Assembly (NCBI GenBank): GCA_040285855.1
Contig: JAUFOQ010000005.1
Location: 558,001-622,000, forward strand
Length of the DNA: 64,000 nt
Reading direction: 5' to 3'
Source: Eukaryota sp. GEM-RC1
Taxonomy: Eukaryota
Under the pieces are notes generated by a model that ran no database searches, was not told the DNA's origin, and saw only the letters and a list, made by a program, of their open reading frames with translations. The position numbers and the translations under genes were made by a program. Of the stretch, positions 1 through 9,310 are shown piece after piece. Within the stretch, counting starts at the first letter, position 1. Every line of letters starts with the position of its first letter.

Positions 1-453
1 GAACTGTTGAAGGTAAATTCTACTGTAACTCGAATTGACCTTTGGAAGTCACATATTGGTAATGAAGGTGCCATTGCGTTGGCTGAAACATTAAAGTGTA
101 ATTCAACTATTACTTGGATTGATGTCGGTGCCAACTCTATTGGTTATGATGGTGCCATTGCATTAGCTGCAGCGTTAAAGGTTAATTCTACTGTAACAAA
201 TATTATTCTTGGATGGAACTCTATTGGTACTGAAGGTGCCAATGCATTGGCTGAATCTCTGACTGTAAACTCTACTGTTACTCAAATTCATCTTTCAAGT
301 AACTCCATTGGTAATGAAGGTGCTATTGCATTAGCTGAAGCTTTGAAGGTTAATTCTATTGTTACTAAGATTAAGCTTTATGGTAACTCTATTGACTCCG
401 ATACCACACAACTCATCTCTGATAATAGGTTCAGTTTCAATTTACATGGTTAA
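1..453 (+). CDS. C-terminal part of RI-like/NLRC3-like leucine-rich repeat protein (5' end outside window)
   Basis: 28-aa repeats of type LxxNxIGxEGAxALAEALKVNxTVTxIx; frame open to the window edge; stop at 451-453. Confidence 0.85.
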   Translation, partial: ELLKVNSTVTRIDLWKSHIGNEGAIALAETLKCNSTITWIDVGANSIGYDGAIALAAALKVNSTVTNIILGWNSIGTEGANALAESLTVNSTVTQIHLSSNSIGNEGAIALAEALKVNSIVTKIKLYGNSIDSDTTQLISDNRFSFNLHG

Positions 454-1320
454 CTCTTTCTATTTCGATTGATGATGCTTACACTTCAATCACATTCTCC
501 CTTATTTCTATATTATCATAAATATCTTCAAAATTGTTGAAAAGTACATCAAATCTTGAAATAAACTAATTGTCCTCATTATCTTATTTTACATTCATTA
601 ATTCTCTTGTTAACATTTTGTAGTTTTTTAGATCTGAAGCAGTTTGAATTCAAACATTAAGTATAGTTTGGTCATTACATTCCTTGTTTTGCTAAAACTA
701 AGACCAATGCAGATTTCTGGATCAAACTTTGTCGTTCAAAACTGAACTGAACTGAAACAATAATTGCTTTCGATAGTTGTTGATAACGATTAGGGATGAC
801 AGAAATACCAATGGTTCTGGTTAAACCAATGTATTGGATTGGTTTGGGTTGGTTTGGTTCTAAAATACGGAACCATCGTGGTTTTGGTACTGGTTTGATT
901 CCAATTGCAGAAACCAGGACCAAACCAGGACCATGATGACTTGCAAATCATGACTGAAGTTATCTCAATTTGTTTGATGTTTACAGTTTGTAATACGTAT
1001 AATCCTAAAGGTACCTCTTCTTATAAACATTCTCCTATATAATTAGATACAGATGTATTTTAGTTCAACAAACGAACAAAATTGTGTGAAAGGTCATTGA
1101 ATAAATGTATACATAAATAGTTTGATGTGCTTTCATAACAGATCAACTATCATATATTGTTGTTATTGAGATAGAATCCCAGAGTCAGCAACTTGCACCT
1201 CATGATAGCTTAATGGACGAGATAGTTGGGTCACAGAACATCGTATTTGTTGGAGATGGTGGCAGAGCTTCATACTGGGAAATTAAGTTTGGGGTTCATC
1301 TTCAGATGAAACTTTTTGTA

Positions 1321-1396
1321 TGTTGGTCTTAGTCATATGAATAGAGAAAAGTGAATTTATTATACAAATAGGTCCTGATGAGTCATGACACTAACA
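1321..1396 (-). repeat. 3' LTR (76 bp)
   Basis: Identical to 7546-7621 on base-by-base reading. Confidence 0.95.
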
Positions 1397-1415
1397 TTAC
1401 TTCTTCCCCTTTTTC
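1397..1415 (-). promoter_or_regulatory. Polypurine tract overlapping the last integrase codons
   Basis: Minus strand GAAAAAGGGGAAGAAGTAA directly abuts the 3' LTR and encodes KKGKK*. Confidence 0.85.
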
Positions 1416-2566
1416 GAGGACCTAGTCCTCTTAGCAGGTGGAGTAGTGAGAATGACGGAATCAGGAGTGTTACTAGGGATCGCTTGTCTATTACGCGTAC
1501 TTCTAGATTTAGTTTTGGGTTTAGATTTGGGTTTGGCGTGAGGATTTAGTTTAATAAAACTTGAGTAAGCCCTAGTGTTCTTAACCAGACTCAGGGGTTC
1601 CTCAGTAGTGTCGCCGTCAAACCATACGACGGAACATATGGGACCTGTAGGTGAATCACGTTGATCAAGGATCTCGATGATGACCATCTCTTCAGAGTCA
1701 CAAGAAGCTACTGCTTTGTGGAACTCATCGGAGGAGGGTTTGTCGGAAAGGTACTTGGTGCATAGATGAATGCTGGAGCGGAAACGATGTCCGGTGACAA
1801 AGTTCTGCAGTTCAAGTGAGCTTTTGGAAGGTATATCAGTGACGAGGTACGGTCCCTCTTGTTTGCCATGAAGCTTCTTAGCTGCTTTGTTACTTCGTAG
1901 TACTAGGTCACCGATAGCAAATAGCGAGGGAGTATCAACCGTAGTAATGGAAGATTTGATAGATGATTGGGTGGTTTCTGCTTCTTCCCGTTTTTTCAAA
2001 ATTCTTGTTAATTTTGATTGGTAATCAGCTAGAAAGGAATCTTCTGAAATCTTGTTCTGAGTGAGGCAAGAGATGATTTTACTTGGATCACTACCAGGGT
2101 TGGTGTTAGATCCAAACATCAGTTCGTACGGTGTAAAGCCGGTTACTCTACTCTTCGTAGTGTTTACCAGCAGTTGTACTAGTGGGATGTATTTACTCCA
2201 GTTGTCATAGTCATTGAAGTCTATGAGCATCTTTCGTAAAGCTTGTAGAATGTCTCTGTGTCGACGTTCAACTAAACCGTTGCTAGGAGAGAAACTAGGT
2301 ATAGATTTATTAGTTGTGATGTCAAATTGCTTACAGACGTCATTGAAAACGTGATTAGCAAATTCTTTGCCATTGTCACTATGAATGAGATCTGGAATGC
2401 CGAAGATGGCACAAACGTTACACACTAACGAATATGCTGTCTCATGAGCATTCAGTTCCTTTAGTGGACATAGGATTGTGAATCTGGTGAAGGAATCTAT
2501 GAACACTAGTAAGTAAATGTTTCCCGATGTGTCAGTGGGAAGTGGTCCTATTGTGTCGACGTTCAT
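1397..2566 (-). CDS. pol: Retrotransposon integrase catalytic core + GPY/F module + degenerate chromodomain (pol segment)
   Basis: VDTIGP, SDNGKEF, NGLVER (DDE); TGFTPYELMFG; KLHGKQEGPY; IEILDQR...VVWFDGDTTEEPL. Confidence 0.9.
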   Translation of the reverse strand: MNVDTIGPLPTDTSGNIYLLVFIDSFTRFTILCPLKELNAHETAYSLVCNVCAIFGIPDLIHSDNGKEFANHVFNDVCKQFDITTNKSIPSFSPSNGLVERRHRDILQALRKMLIDFNDYDNWSKYIPLVQLLVNTTKSRVTGFTPYELMFGSNTNPGSDPSKIISCLTQNKISEDSFLADYQSKLTRILKKREEAETTQSSIKSSITTVDTPSLFAIGDLVLRSNKAAKKLHGKQEGPYLVTDIPSKSSLELQNFVTGHRFRSSIHLCTKYLSDKPSSDEFHKAVASCDSEEMVIIEILDQRDSPTGPICSVVWFDGDTTEEPLSLVKNTRAYSSFIKLNPHAKPKSKPKTKSRSTRNRQAIPSNTPDSVILTTPPAKRTRSSKKGKK

Positions 2567-2594
2567 CTTTGCAAATGGTTTGTCGGACCATAAA

Positions 2595-3215
2595 TTACCT
2601 GAAGATTTGATAGTTGTTTTGGCAAGGGGGAGCTGTCTTTTGACAAGCTGGACATTGCTTGCAGTGAGTTTTCATGTCGTTGATCATGCTGGGCCAGAAG
2701 TAGTCACTAGATTTTAGCCGATCAATGCTATCTTTAATGCTAGGGTGACCTGCATGTGGAAAACCGTGTAAGTGGTTCAAGGTGGTTTTCACCAAGGCAC
2801 TTGGTATCAAGATCTTGTTGTTGCTATTCATGTATAGCTGGAACTCTTCATTAAACCAAGTAGACGGGTGTTGGAACAATGGGTCGTTATTTTTGATGGC
2901 TTCTACTTGTGTAGAGCGTACTTTCGAGAGCCAAGCGTCGAATAACTTCGATTTGTTGATCAGGGCATCGTCAATCATGTCGATTGACTCTGTTGATAAA
3001 GTTTGATATTCCGTATCCTCATCAGTAGGACATCGGCTATCGGTTATAGAGAACAAATGCTCTGGGCAATATGTGACTATGTTGTTTATAGACTCAGTTG
3101 TTGCGTCTTTGATAACATTGCGTGACATCATGTCAGCCCAATGGTTGTCTTCGCCACTGGTGTGGACTATGGTGAATAGGTATTCACTGAGAATAGGGAT
3201 CCATCGTTTGACCAT
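2595..3215 (-). CDS. pol: End of RNase H and integrase HHCC zinc finger (pol segment)
   Basis: RW...L.EY.F.I.H..G..N..ADMMSR; HGFPHAGH...YFWPSM...CKQCPAC. Confidence 0.88.
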   Translation of the reverse strand: MVKRWIPILSEYLFTIVHTSGEDNHWADMMSRNVIKDATTESINNIVTYCPEHLFSITDSRCPTDEDTEYQTLSTESIDMIDDALINKSKLFDAWLSKVRSTQVEAIKNNDPLFQHPSTWFNEEFQLYMNSNNKILIPSALVKTTLNHLHGFPHAGHPSIKDSIDRLKSSDYFWPSMINDMKTHCKQCPACQKTAPPCQNNYQIFR

Positions 3216-3255
3216 CCTATTCTTCTCGGGTGCTGAGATTAAGTAAGCGAGGTTT

Positions 3256-3549
3256 TTATGATCTGTGAAGATCGTTAATTCCCCTGCTGATAAGGTATGA
3301 TGACAGTTGAGATTCTGTTAAAATCAGGAGAATGGCGTACAATTCCTTTTGAATTGTGGCCCAGTTCTGTTGAGAGTCAGTGAGTAGTTTGCTGTAGAAT
3401 GCTAGTGGTTCTACTTTGCGGTCGTTCAATGGAGTTCCCTCAGGTGAATGAGGGGTGCATTCTAGCCATACGACACCACCTACGGCGATATCGCTAGCGT
3501 CTGCGCTGATCAGTATGCGTCTGTCTTTGTCTGGTAGACATAGTGGCAT
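3256..3549 (-). CDS. pol: RNase H (pol segment)
   Basis: ISADASDIAVGGV, PLAFYSKLL, QKELYAI; continues as FTDHKNL after a frameshift at 3281-3284. Confidence 0.88.
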   Translation of the reverse strand: MPLCLPDKDRRILISADASDIAVGGVVWLECTPHSPEGTPLNDRKVEPLAFYSKLLTDSQQNWATIQKELYAILLILTESQLSSYLISRGINDLHRS

Positions 3550-3557
3550 GTGATTGA

Positions 3558-6527
3558 TTATCCTCTTTTGATTTCATCAAAATTTGATTGAAGTTGAGGT
3601 GTCCAATGAACTGTTCGTGCTTTGTTCTTTACTAGGGCTATTATAGGAGCTAGTAGGTCCGATGCATCTGCTATGAAATCTTTAATGTAGTTGATAGAAC
3701 CGACGAAACTTCGAACTTCTTTGATGGTGGTCGGTGTTGGTATGTTTACCAGAGCTTCTACACGTTTTGAATCGATTCGACGAGTGTTGTCGATGTATTC
3801 GCAACCTAAGATAGTTATAGGATGATTCTTTGTTATGAACTTGCACTTGTGTAAGCCAAGGTTGACTCTATAGAGTTGAGCTCTCTCAAGAACGAATTTT
3901 ATTCTAGATAAGTATTCATCAAAAGTTTTGGCGACTATGATGATGTCATCGATGTAGATGAATATACCTTCGTGGTCGAAAATATCCATCATCAAGTTTT
4001 GAAAGATTGCAGGCACGTTCTTTAGACCAAAACAAGCTCGTTTAAATCGAATGGCTAGGCCATGGATAACTAGAGTTGTTTTGTCGCGTTCGTGATCTGC
4101 GAGATTCAGTTGCCAAAATGCTTTTGGCAGGTCGAGAGTGGCTATGTAGTTAGCTTCACTCAGGAATTCCTGTATGTCTGCGATTCTCGGTAGATTCGGT
4201 TGGACAGGTTTAGTAAGTTCGTTGACTCCTCCAGTACCACTGAAGTCACCCGTAAGTCTAGGCTTACGATGATCGGGGTATACCACAAGTACTACCGGGG
4301 AGCTGAATTTTCCGTTGGGTGTAGTATACTCAGCGTATCCCAAACGTACTAGTTCATGAAAGGTTTCTTCGGCTATCCTTTGTTTGACAGGATTAAGCCT
4401 CCGAGGTTTTCGTTTCACCGTGGACTCTTCGTCGTAGAAGTCAATTGTCATCGGTGGACAATTGATGCCATCTTTGTGAGGAACGGAATCGAAGATAGTT
4501 GAGAACTCGCTAAGGAGGTTCAGTAAACGATTGGTTCTATCATCGTCATCTAATTTGATTGAACAGCCGGAATCATAAACAAATTTATTGAAATCTATAT
4601 TGTCTATAATAGAAAGGCTATTGGGCATAGATATGTTTGAGTCGAACTCTGACTCGTCGTTGCTATGAGCTAACATAGTCTGTTGAACCGGGATGATTAG
4701 TCCCTCTTCAGTCAGTAAACCTAACTGCTTCATGAGATCAATACCTAACAAACATTTGTTGGATCCAGGGATGATAGGTAAAGTCTTCGTCACAGATGTT
4801 AGGTGTGTCACCTTACTGAACTTGAAGGTCAAGATCCCTTGGGCGCTACCCAGTGAGTGAGATCTGACGTTGTTTGCAGATGTGAATGGTACGTTCTTGT
4901 TAATGAACTTCATTGAACATCTATCGACCAGGTCTCGTGTGATTACGGACATTGATGCTCCACTGTCCCAAAGACCCTGAATCGAAACACCATTGATGGT
5001 CAGACTGCAGCTGAGGAATGGTGGTGGATCCTGGTGATCGATTATGCTGAATATTGAATTCAGGCTTAGTGAGTTCGTACCACTCGAATTACTGATGTTG
5101 TGGAGTGGGTTTATGTATGGATTATGTGAATCCGACGATGATGTGTTATCTTTGTGAATAGTGTTTATCGATTGCACGAAATACTTACTATGTTTATTTT
5201 GTTTACGCGAACTATGACTATTACTACGAGTGGGAGGTTTCTTTGCCTCAGATCGTGGAAGACGTTGATCCGCGGGGAGCTCGCTTCTACGACAGTCAGG
5301 ATGATTACAAAGGTTTATCTTGTGATCCGGGGAGTCGCAGAAGCTACAGCGGTTATCATCTTTAGGAGGTCTATCAGATGAGTTTGAGCGATGCTTCTTT
5401 TTGAAAGGAGGGGCTGCATTGTGAGGGTTCTTTGAAGATGATTTAGACTTCAAATTTCCTGGGGCGAAAATTTTGGATGCTGAGCGTTGGATTGCTTTTG
5501 GGATGTCGTTCCAGGAATCCTTGTCTCTGTGCATGAGAATTTCCACGTTCTTTTGTTCAAGTTGAACATGTGTGGGACCGTTTGTCCATTTCTTGCACCA
5601 TTGGTAATAGTGTTCGAGAACTGTTGAAAAGAAGAAGTGTAAATCCTTGGAGTCTTTCCATTTGGGCCAGAGTTCTAGGTAGAGGGAGGCGAGACCAATG
5701 TTAGTCAGAAGAGCTTTGATGATGGTTCTTTCGTCCAGCATCGTGTAGGACGGTTCCGAGGGGGATTTAATCAGTGTCCTTCGGTTAAGCACTTTATCAA
5801 ATCGTTTGATGAAGTCGAGCCATCTTTGTTCATAATCTTGGATCGACCAGTTCATCTGAACTTCGTTTAGTTTATTTCTTGCGGTCAAGATGTCCTTAAA
5901 TTGGGTTCTTAAGATGATCTGTCGGAAGAGTTCATCACTGGAAGTCGTTGCTGTACCTAGATAGTTCATCTGTTGTTGAACCGGATACGCAACAAGTCGA
6001 GAGACCCAACGAGTGTCGGCTTCCTTGGCAGCAATCCTACCAATGTCAAAGAAGTATTTGGGATCTCCGAGTGGTGAGGATGCTGGTAGTGTATAGTCCT
6101 TCTCGGCGGTACAGAAGCTCATGTAATCAGCAATCCAGTCAATGATTACGTCAACGTCATCCAGATTGTGAAGTGATTTCGGTTTCATCAACTTGTTCAA
6201 ATCACTGGAGGAGTCAGTGGGTAACCGTTCAGCGAATTTCAGTACTGAGTACGGTGTGATTACGTCAGTGTTGGGACTGTTGGAGCTGGATTGAGTTGGA
6301 GTAACCGGTTCAGGTGAGACCGATAGGGCTCCAACTCTGGTAGCAGTGTGGTCCTCTTCCAGCATGTGGTCATGTGGAAGTTCGTTGGGAAGTGGGGTGG
6401 TCGGTGCGTGGGGCTTTCTTGCAAAAACAAATCCGCCGGGCACATAAGGGGTGTTGGCTACCAAGGGAGGAACGGTATCCGCGGAGTCGGTATTGACCGT
6501 TGGTTTTCTATGGAAGAAGCTGTTCAC
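3558..6527 (-). CDS. gag-pol: Gag-like region, CCHC zinc knuckle, aspartic protease and reverse transcriptase
   Basis: CSFCDSPDHKINLC knuckle; LWDSGAS protease; LDLPKAFWQ, FGLKNVPAIFQ and YIDD RT motifs. Confidence 0.92.
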   Translation of the reverse strand: MNSFFHRKPTVNTDSADTVPPLVANTPYVPGGFVFARKPHAPTTPLPNELPHDHMLEEDHTATRVGALSVSPEPVTPTQSSSNSPNTDVITPYSVLKFAERLPTDSSSDLNKLMKPKSLHNLDDVDVIIDWIADYMSFCTAEKDYTLPASSPLGDPKYFFDIGRIAAKEADTRWVSRLVAYPVQQQMNYLGTATTSSDELFRQIILRTQFKDILTARNKLNEVQMNWSIQDYEQRWLDFIKRFDKVLNRRTLIKSPSEPSYTMLDERTIIKALLTNIGLASLYLELWPKWKDSKDLHFFFSTVLEHYYQWCKKWTNGPTHVQLEQKNVEILMHRDKDSWNDIPKAIQRSASKIFAPGNLKSKSSSKNPHNAAPPFKKKHRSNSSDRPPKDDNRCSFCDSPDHKINLCNHPDCRRSELPADQRLPRSEAKKPPTRSNSHSSRKQNKHSKYFVQSINTIHKDNTSSSDSHNPYINPLHNISNSSGTNSLSLNSIFSIIDHQDPPPFLSCSLTINGVSIQGLWDSGASMSVITRDLVDRCSMKFINKNVPFTSANNVRSHSLGSAQGILTFKFSKVTHLTSVTKTLPIIPGSNKCLLGIDLMKQLGLLTEEGLIIPVQQTMLAHSNDESEFDSNISMPNSLSIIDNIDFNKFVYDSGCSIKLDDDDRTNRLLNLLSEFSTIFDSVPHKDGINCPPMTIDFYDEESTVKRKPRRLNPVKQRIAEETFHELVRLGYAEYTTPNGKFSSPVVLVVYPDHRKPRLTGDFSGTGGVNELTKPVQPNLPRIADIQEFLSEANYIATLDLPKAFWQLNLADHERDKTTLVIHGLAIRFKRACFGLKNVPAIFQNLMMDIFDHEGIFIYIDDIIIVAKTFDEYLSRIKFVLERAQLYRVNLGLHKCKFITKNHPITILGCEYIDNTRRIDSKRVEALVNIPTPTTIKEVRSFVGSINYIKDFIADASDLLAPIIALVKNKARTVHWTPQLQSNFDEIKRG

Positions 6528-6550
6528 CGTGGTGTATCTTTCGAGGTTGT

Positions 6551-7561
6551 CTACTTGTTTTCGATCGCCTCTACTTGATCTTTAGGAAGTGGATTCCGTA
6601 GGAGGTTGTAAGCTTGTTCCACAGTAACGAGGGAGTTTGGACGAGTTTTATCCATTATAAAGCCCATCAATCTGTCGTTACAGTCATGGATGTACGAAAC
6701 CTCAGGGTCGAGGGGGATATATCCGTTAGCTTTGCGTTGCCAATATCTTTTTAGTGTTCTGGCTGGTTTAAGTAGGTACTGGTCTGTCTCTACAAAACCG
6801 TAAGACTCAGAATTGTTTCTTGATTGTCTTTGAAAGTGAATCCATTGATCTTTATCAATAGACCCAAACATCTTCACATCGGCATTCCATAGCTCTCTCC
6901 AGGGACTCTTATCGTGTAAAGGTGGAGGTGCTCGTGGATCTTTAGCCGGCATTACGAAACCTAACGGTGTAGGGGGTAATTTCGGAATAAAGGGTTCCGG
7001 TGTCCTAATAGGAGGTGTAGATCTCTGTACTATTGGGATAGGCGGAGGAGTTACCGAAGGTCGATAGGTCCACCCAACTGGTGGATTTGACTCAGAAGCA
7101 GGTGTTCTGTTGGAGGATGGTTCCTCGTTTTCATTAACCTTGGAGGATGGTTCCTCGTTTTCGTCAAAATTGGAGGATGGTTCCTCGTTTTCATCAATAT
7201 TGGAGGATGGTTCCTCGTTTTCGTCAATATTGGAGGAAGGTTCCTCGTTTATAGTTGTATTGGGGGATGGATCCTCATTTGGGTTTTCGATAGAGAATGG
7301 TTTCTCATTCGAAGTTCCATTAGAAGATGGTTCTTCATCCGAAACAATGTCATAGTCCACAGTGTCATCCCAAGGGAGTCCATCTGTGCCAAGTTTCTTC
7401 ACGGTGGAAGACTTGGAAGAAGCCAGGGCGGAACTGGAATCTTCACCTAGAACGGAACTAGGGTTTGGGTTAGTTTGGTTTCCAGGAGTGAAGTTCTCCG
7501 GAGTACACATACATTGCAACTCTTTGCAGAGGCCACAATAATTATTGTTGGTCTTAGTCAT
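6551..7561 (-). CDS. Retrotransposon N-terminal ORF/extension (Cys cluster, acidic 10-aa repeats, Pro-rich)
   Basis: ATG lies inside the 5' LTR; CGLCKELQCMC; (NEEPSSNIDE)n; joins the gag frame by a -1 shift at 6558-6561. Confidence 0.75.
   Translation of the reverse strand: MTKTNNNYCGLCKELQCMCTPENFTPGNQTNPNPSSVLGEDSSSALASSKSSTVKKLGTDGLPWDDTVDYDIVSDEEPSSNGTSNEKPFSIENPNEDPSPNTTINEEPSSNIDENEEPSSNIDENEEPSSNFDENEEPSSKVNENEEPSSNRTPASESNPPVGWTYRPSVTPPPIPIVQRSTPPIRTPEPFIPKLPPTPLGFVMPAKDPRAPPPLHDKSPWRELWNADVKMFGSIDKDQWIHFQRQSRNNSESYGFVETDQYLLKPARTLKRYWQRKANGYIPLDPEVSYIHDCNDRLMGFIMDKTRPNSLVTVEQAYNLLRNPLPKDQVEAIENK
7110..7340. repeat. 30-bp coding tandem repeat (~7 units, degenerate toward one end)
   Basis: TGGAGGATGGTTCCTCGTTTTCRTCAA.AT recurring at 7111, 7141, 7171, 7201, 7231 and more weakly beyond. 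Confidence 0.9.
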
Positions 7562-7621
7562 ATGAATAGAGAAAAGTGAATTTATTATACAAATAGGTCC
7601 TGATGAGTCATGACACTAACA
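7546..7621 (-). repeat. 5' LTR (76 bp), contains TATAATAAA and the ORF start ATG at 7561
   Basis: Sense strand TGTTAGTGTCATGACTCATCAGGACCTATTTGTATAATAAATTCACTTTTCTCTATTCATATGACTAAGACCAACA. Confidence 0.95.
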
Positions 7622-7952
7622 TGTATGTCAGACTTGTAACGAAAACTTGCAATGCATTTATCCAAGCAAACGAAAAATTATTTATACAAAAAATTAAATC
7701 CATATGGTTCGTGGTTCAGGTCTGGTGTGGTCTAAATTTTGAGAACTAAAACCAAAGCAAACCATTACCATCCCTATTAACGATTGTTCATGCATACAAA
7801 ACCGTTGTGCAATTTAAAGAATCTCAACTACACGACTTTTAACTTGGCAGAGATCTTTTATTCTTACGTACTAGTGTAAGAGTTCTATTCGAAGACAGTA
7901 ATGGAATGACGTCATTATTTCTTGGAGTTTGATTTTCTGATTTCATACAACA

Positions 7953-9310
7953 ATGCCCCCTCGGTTTAGCAACCCTATGTTCTTCTCCCTTCCCCCAGGA
8001 GAAACTATTACTATCTTGTTCAACGAAACCTTCCTTTGTAACCAAACCATCTCTTTTGGTGAGGACTCCATCGAAGTCAACAAGTCTGTGCTAGCTGCTC
8101 ATTCAATGTACTTCCGATCGCTCTGGTTTTCTGAATTTGGGGACAAGCTTGAAAACCCTGTCAACTTTTCTCATCTTCCTGTGGATCCTCATCACTTCTT
8201 TGCCTTCATCAAGTCCTTCTACGGAAAATCATTCACTTTAGATGAGAACAATGCTTATCACTTCTTCTACTTGGTCAATACTTCCAAGTGGATAAGCTGA
8301 TTCATCGCGTCGAAGATCGTTTAAATACTCAACTAGGCACCTGGGCTTGGTTAAAGTCATTTGTTAAAAGTGCAGATGAAAGAAATGACTCGAGGGCTCT
8401 GGAATTTGCTGGTCCTTCATTTTCCAGGGCTTCGGACATTTTGATTGATGACGTGATGGCACTCACAACTAAAGGGTATAAAACTCTTTCAAAATATTGC
8501 ACGTCCACCCAATCACAGTCGTGGTTTGTTAAATCTATGGTGTCATCAATTTTGAATCACAGTTTTGATTTGAGTGAATTTTTAAATATTTTAAATTCCT
8601 GTTCAATTGAAGTCTTTTCCCTCCAACAATGGGATGAGTTTCTGCTTGTTCCCTTAAAAGACGTTGAAGAACTGTCATTTGATTTGATAAAGTTCTTGTT
8701 TACAAAAGTTAAAGATTGTTGTACGGACTCTTTGGTAAAAGAAAATTGTAATTTACTATCAGAAATAGCTATGCTAAAACGTGAAATTGAAGAATTGAAA
8801 AAGAAAGTCACAGAAACTGAAGTGGTTCATCACTCAAAAATGATTAGATTCTCTCAATCTAGAAAACACTCTGAATTTCAAGTTTCTGAGGATAAAACCA
8901 GAGCTGTTGTTGCATCTGATTTTAATGGAGTTCGAAATGTATTGGGAGATACTCCTCTACTTCCAGGTAATGATTATACTTGGAAGTTGAAGTACCAAGG
9001 AACTCCTTGTGGTCTTTGGGTTGGAGTCATTGACGAGACAAAGTTCAGTCTTGATGGTTGGCCTGAGAATGGTCACTGTTTTTGTAATGACGATGCTGTT
9101 GAAGGTTGTCTCTCAGGAAAAGTTGACCAGTGGGATGCTGGTGAATTACTTGAAATCAACGCTAACTTGATTAATTACACTCTAACAATCAAATCTGTGA
9201 GAAATTCTTCAATTAATCTTACTGGTGATCTTCCCAGATTAAGAAGTGGTGATTATTATCCCTTTGCTTTGTTATATCGGAGTGAACATGTACTTGACAT
9301 TGTTGAATAA
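7953..9310 (+). CDS. BTB/POZ - coiled coil - SPRY/B30.2-like protein (one frameshift near 8279)
   Basis: VNKSVLAAHSMYFRSLW BTB motif; YFQVDKL continues in the second frame; C-terminal YTWKLKY...LWVGVID...YYPFALL SPRY-like strands. Confidence 0.75.

Larger units (their letters stand above)
1321..7621 (-). mobile_element. Full-length Ty3/gypsy (chromovirus-like) LTR retrotransposon
   Basis: Identical 76-bp LTRs with TGTT...AACA ends; TSD TGTA (1317-1320, 7622-7625); domain order CCHC knuckle-protease-RT-RNase H-integrase-GPY-chromo. Confidence 0.95.
791..7776. mobile_element. Non-autonomous hAT element (~680 bp) split by the LTR retrotransposon
   Basis: Ac-like TIR TAGGGATG (791) / CATCCCTA (7769-7776); 8-bp flanks ATAACGAT and TTAACGAT (7/8 match); GGTTT/AAACC subterminal repeats at both ends. 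Confidence 0.8.

Noticed and set aside
675..923. 82-aa ORF, and similar ORFs at 32331 and 50596
   Set aside because: Translations of MITE subterminal repeats
1371..1396. Hammerhead-like CTGATGA followed by the hairpin GTC-AT-GAC in the LTR
   Set aside because: The required GAAA after stem II is absent (ACTAAC follows), and the motif is antisense to the element
7110..7340. CRISPR-like regular repeats
   Set aside because: Contiguous 30-bp coding tandem units without unique spacers; eukaryotic context with no cas genes
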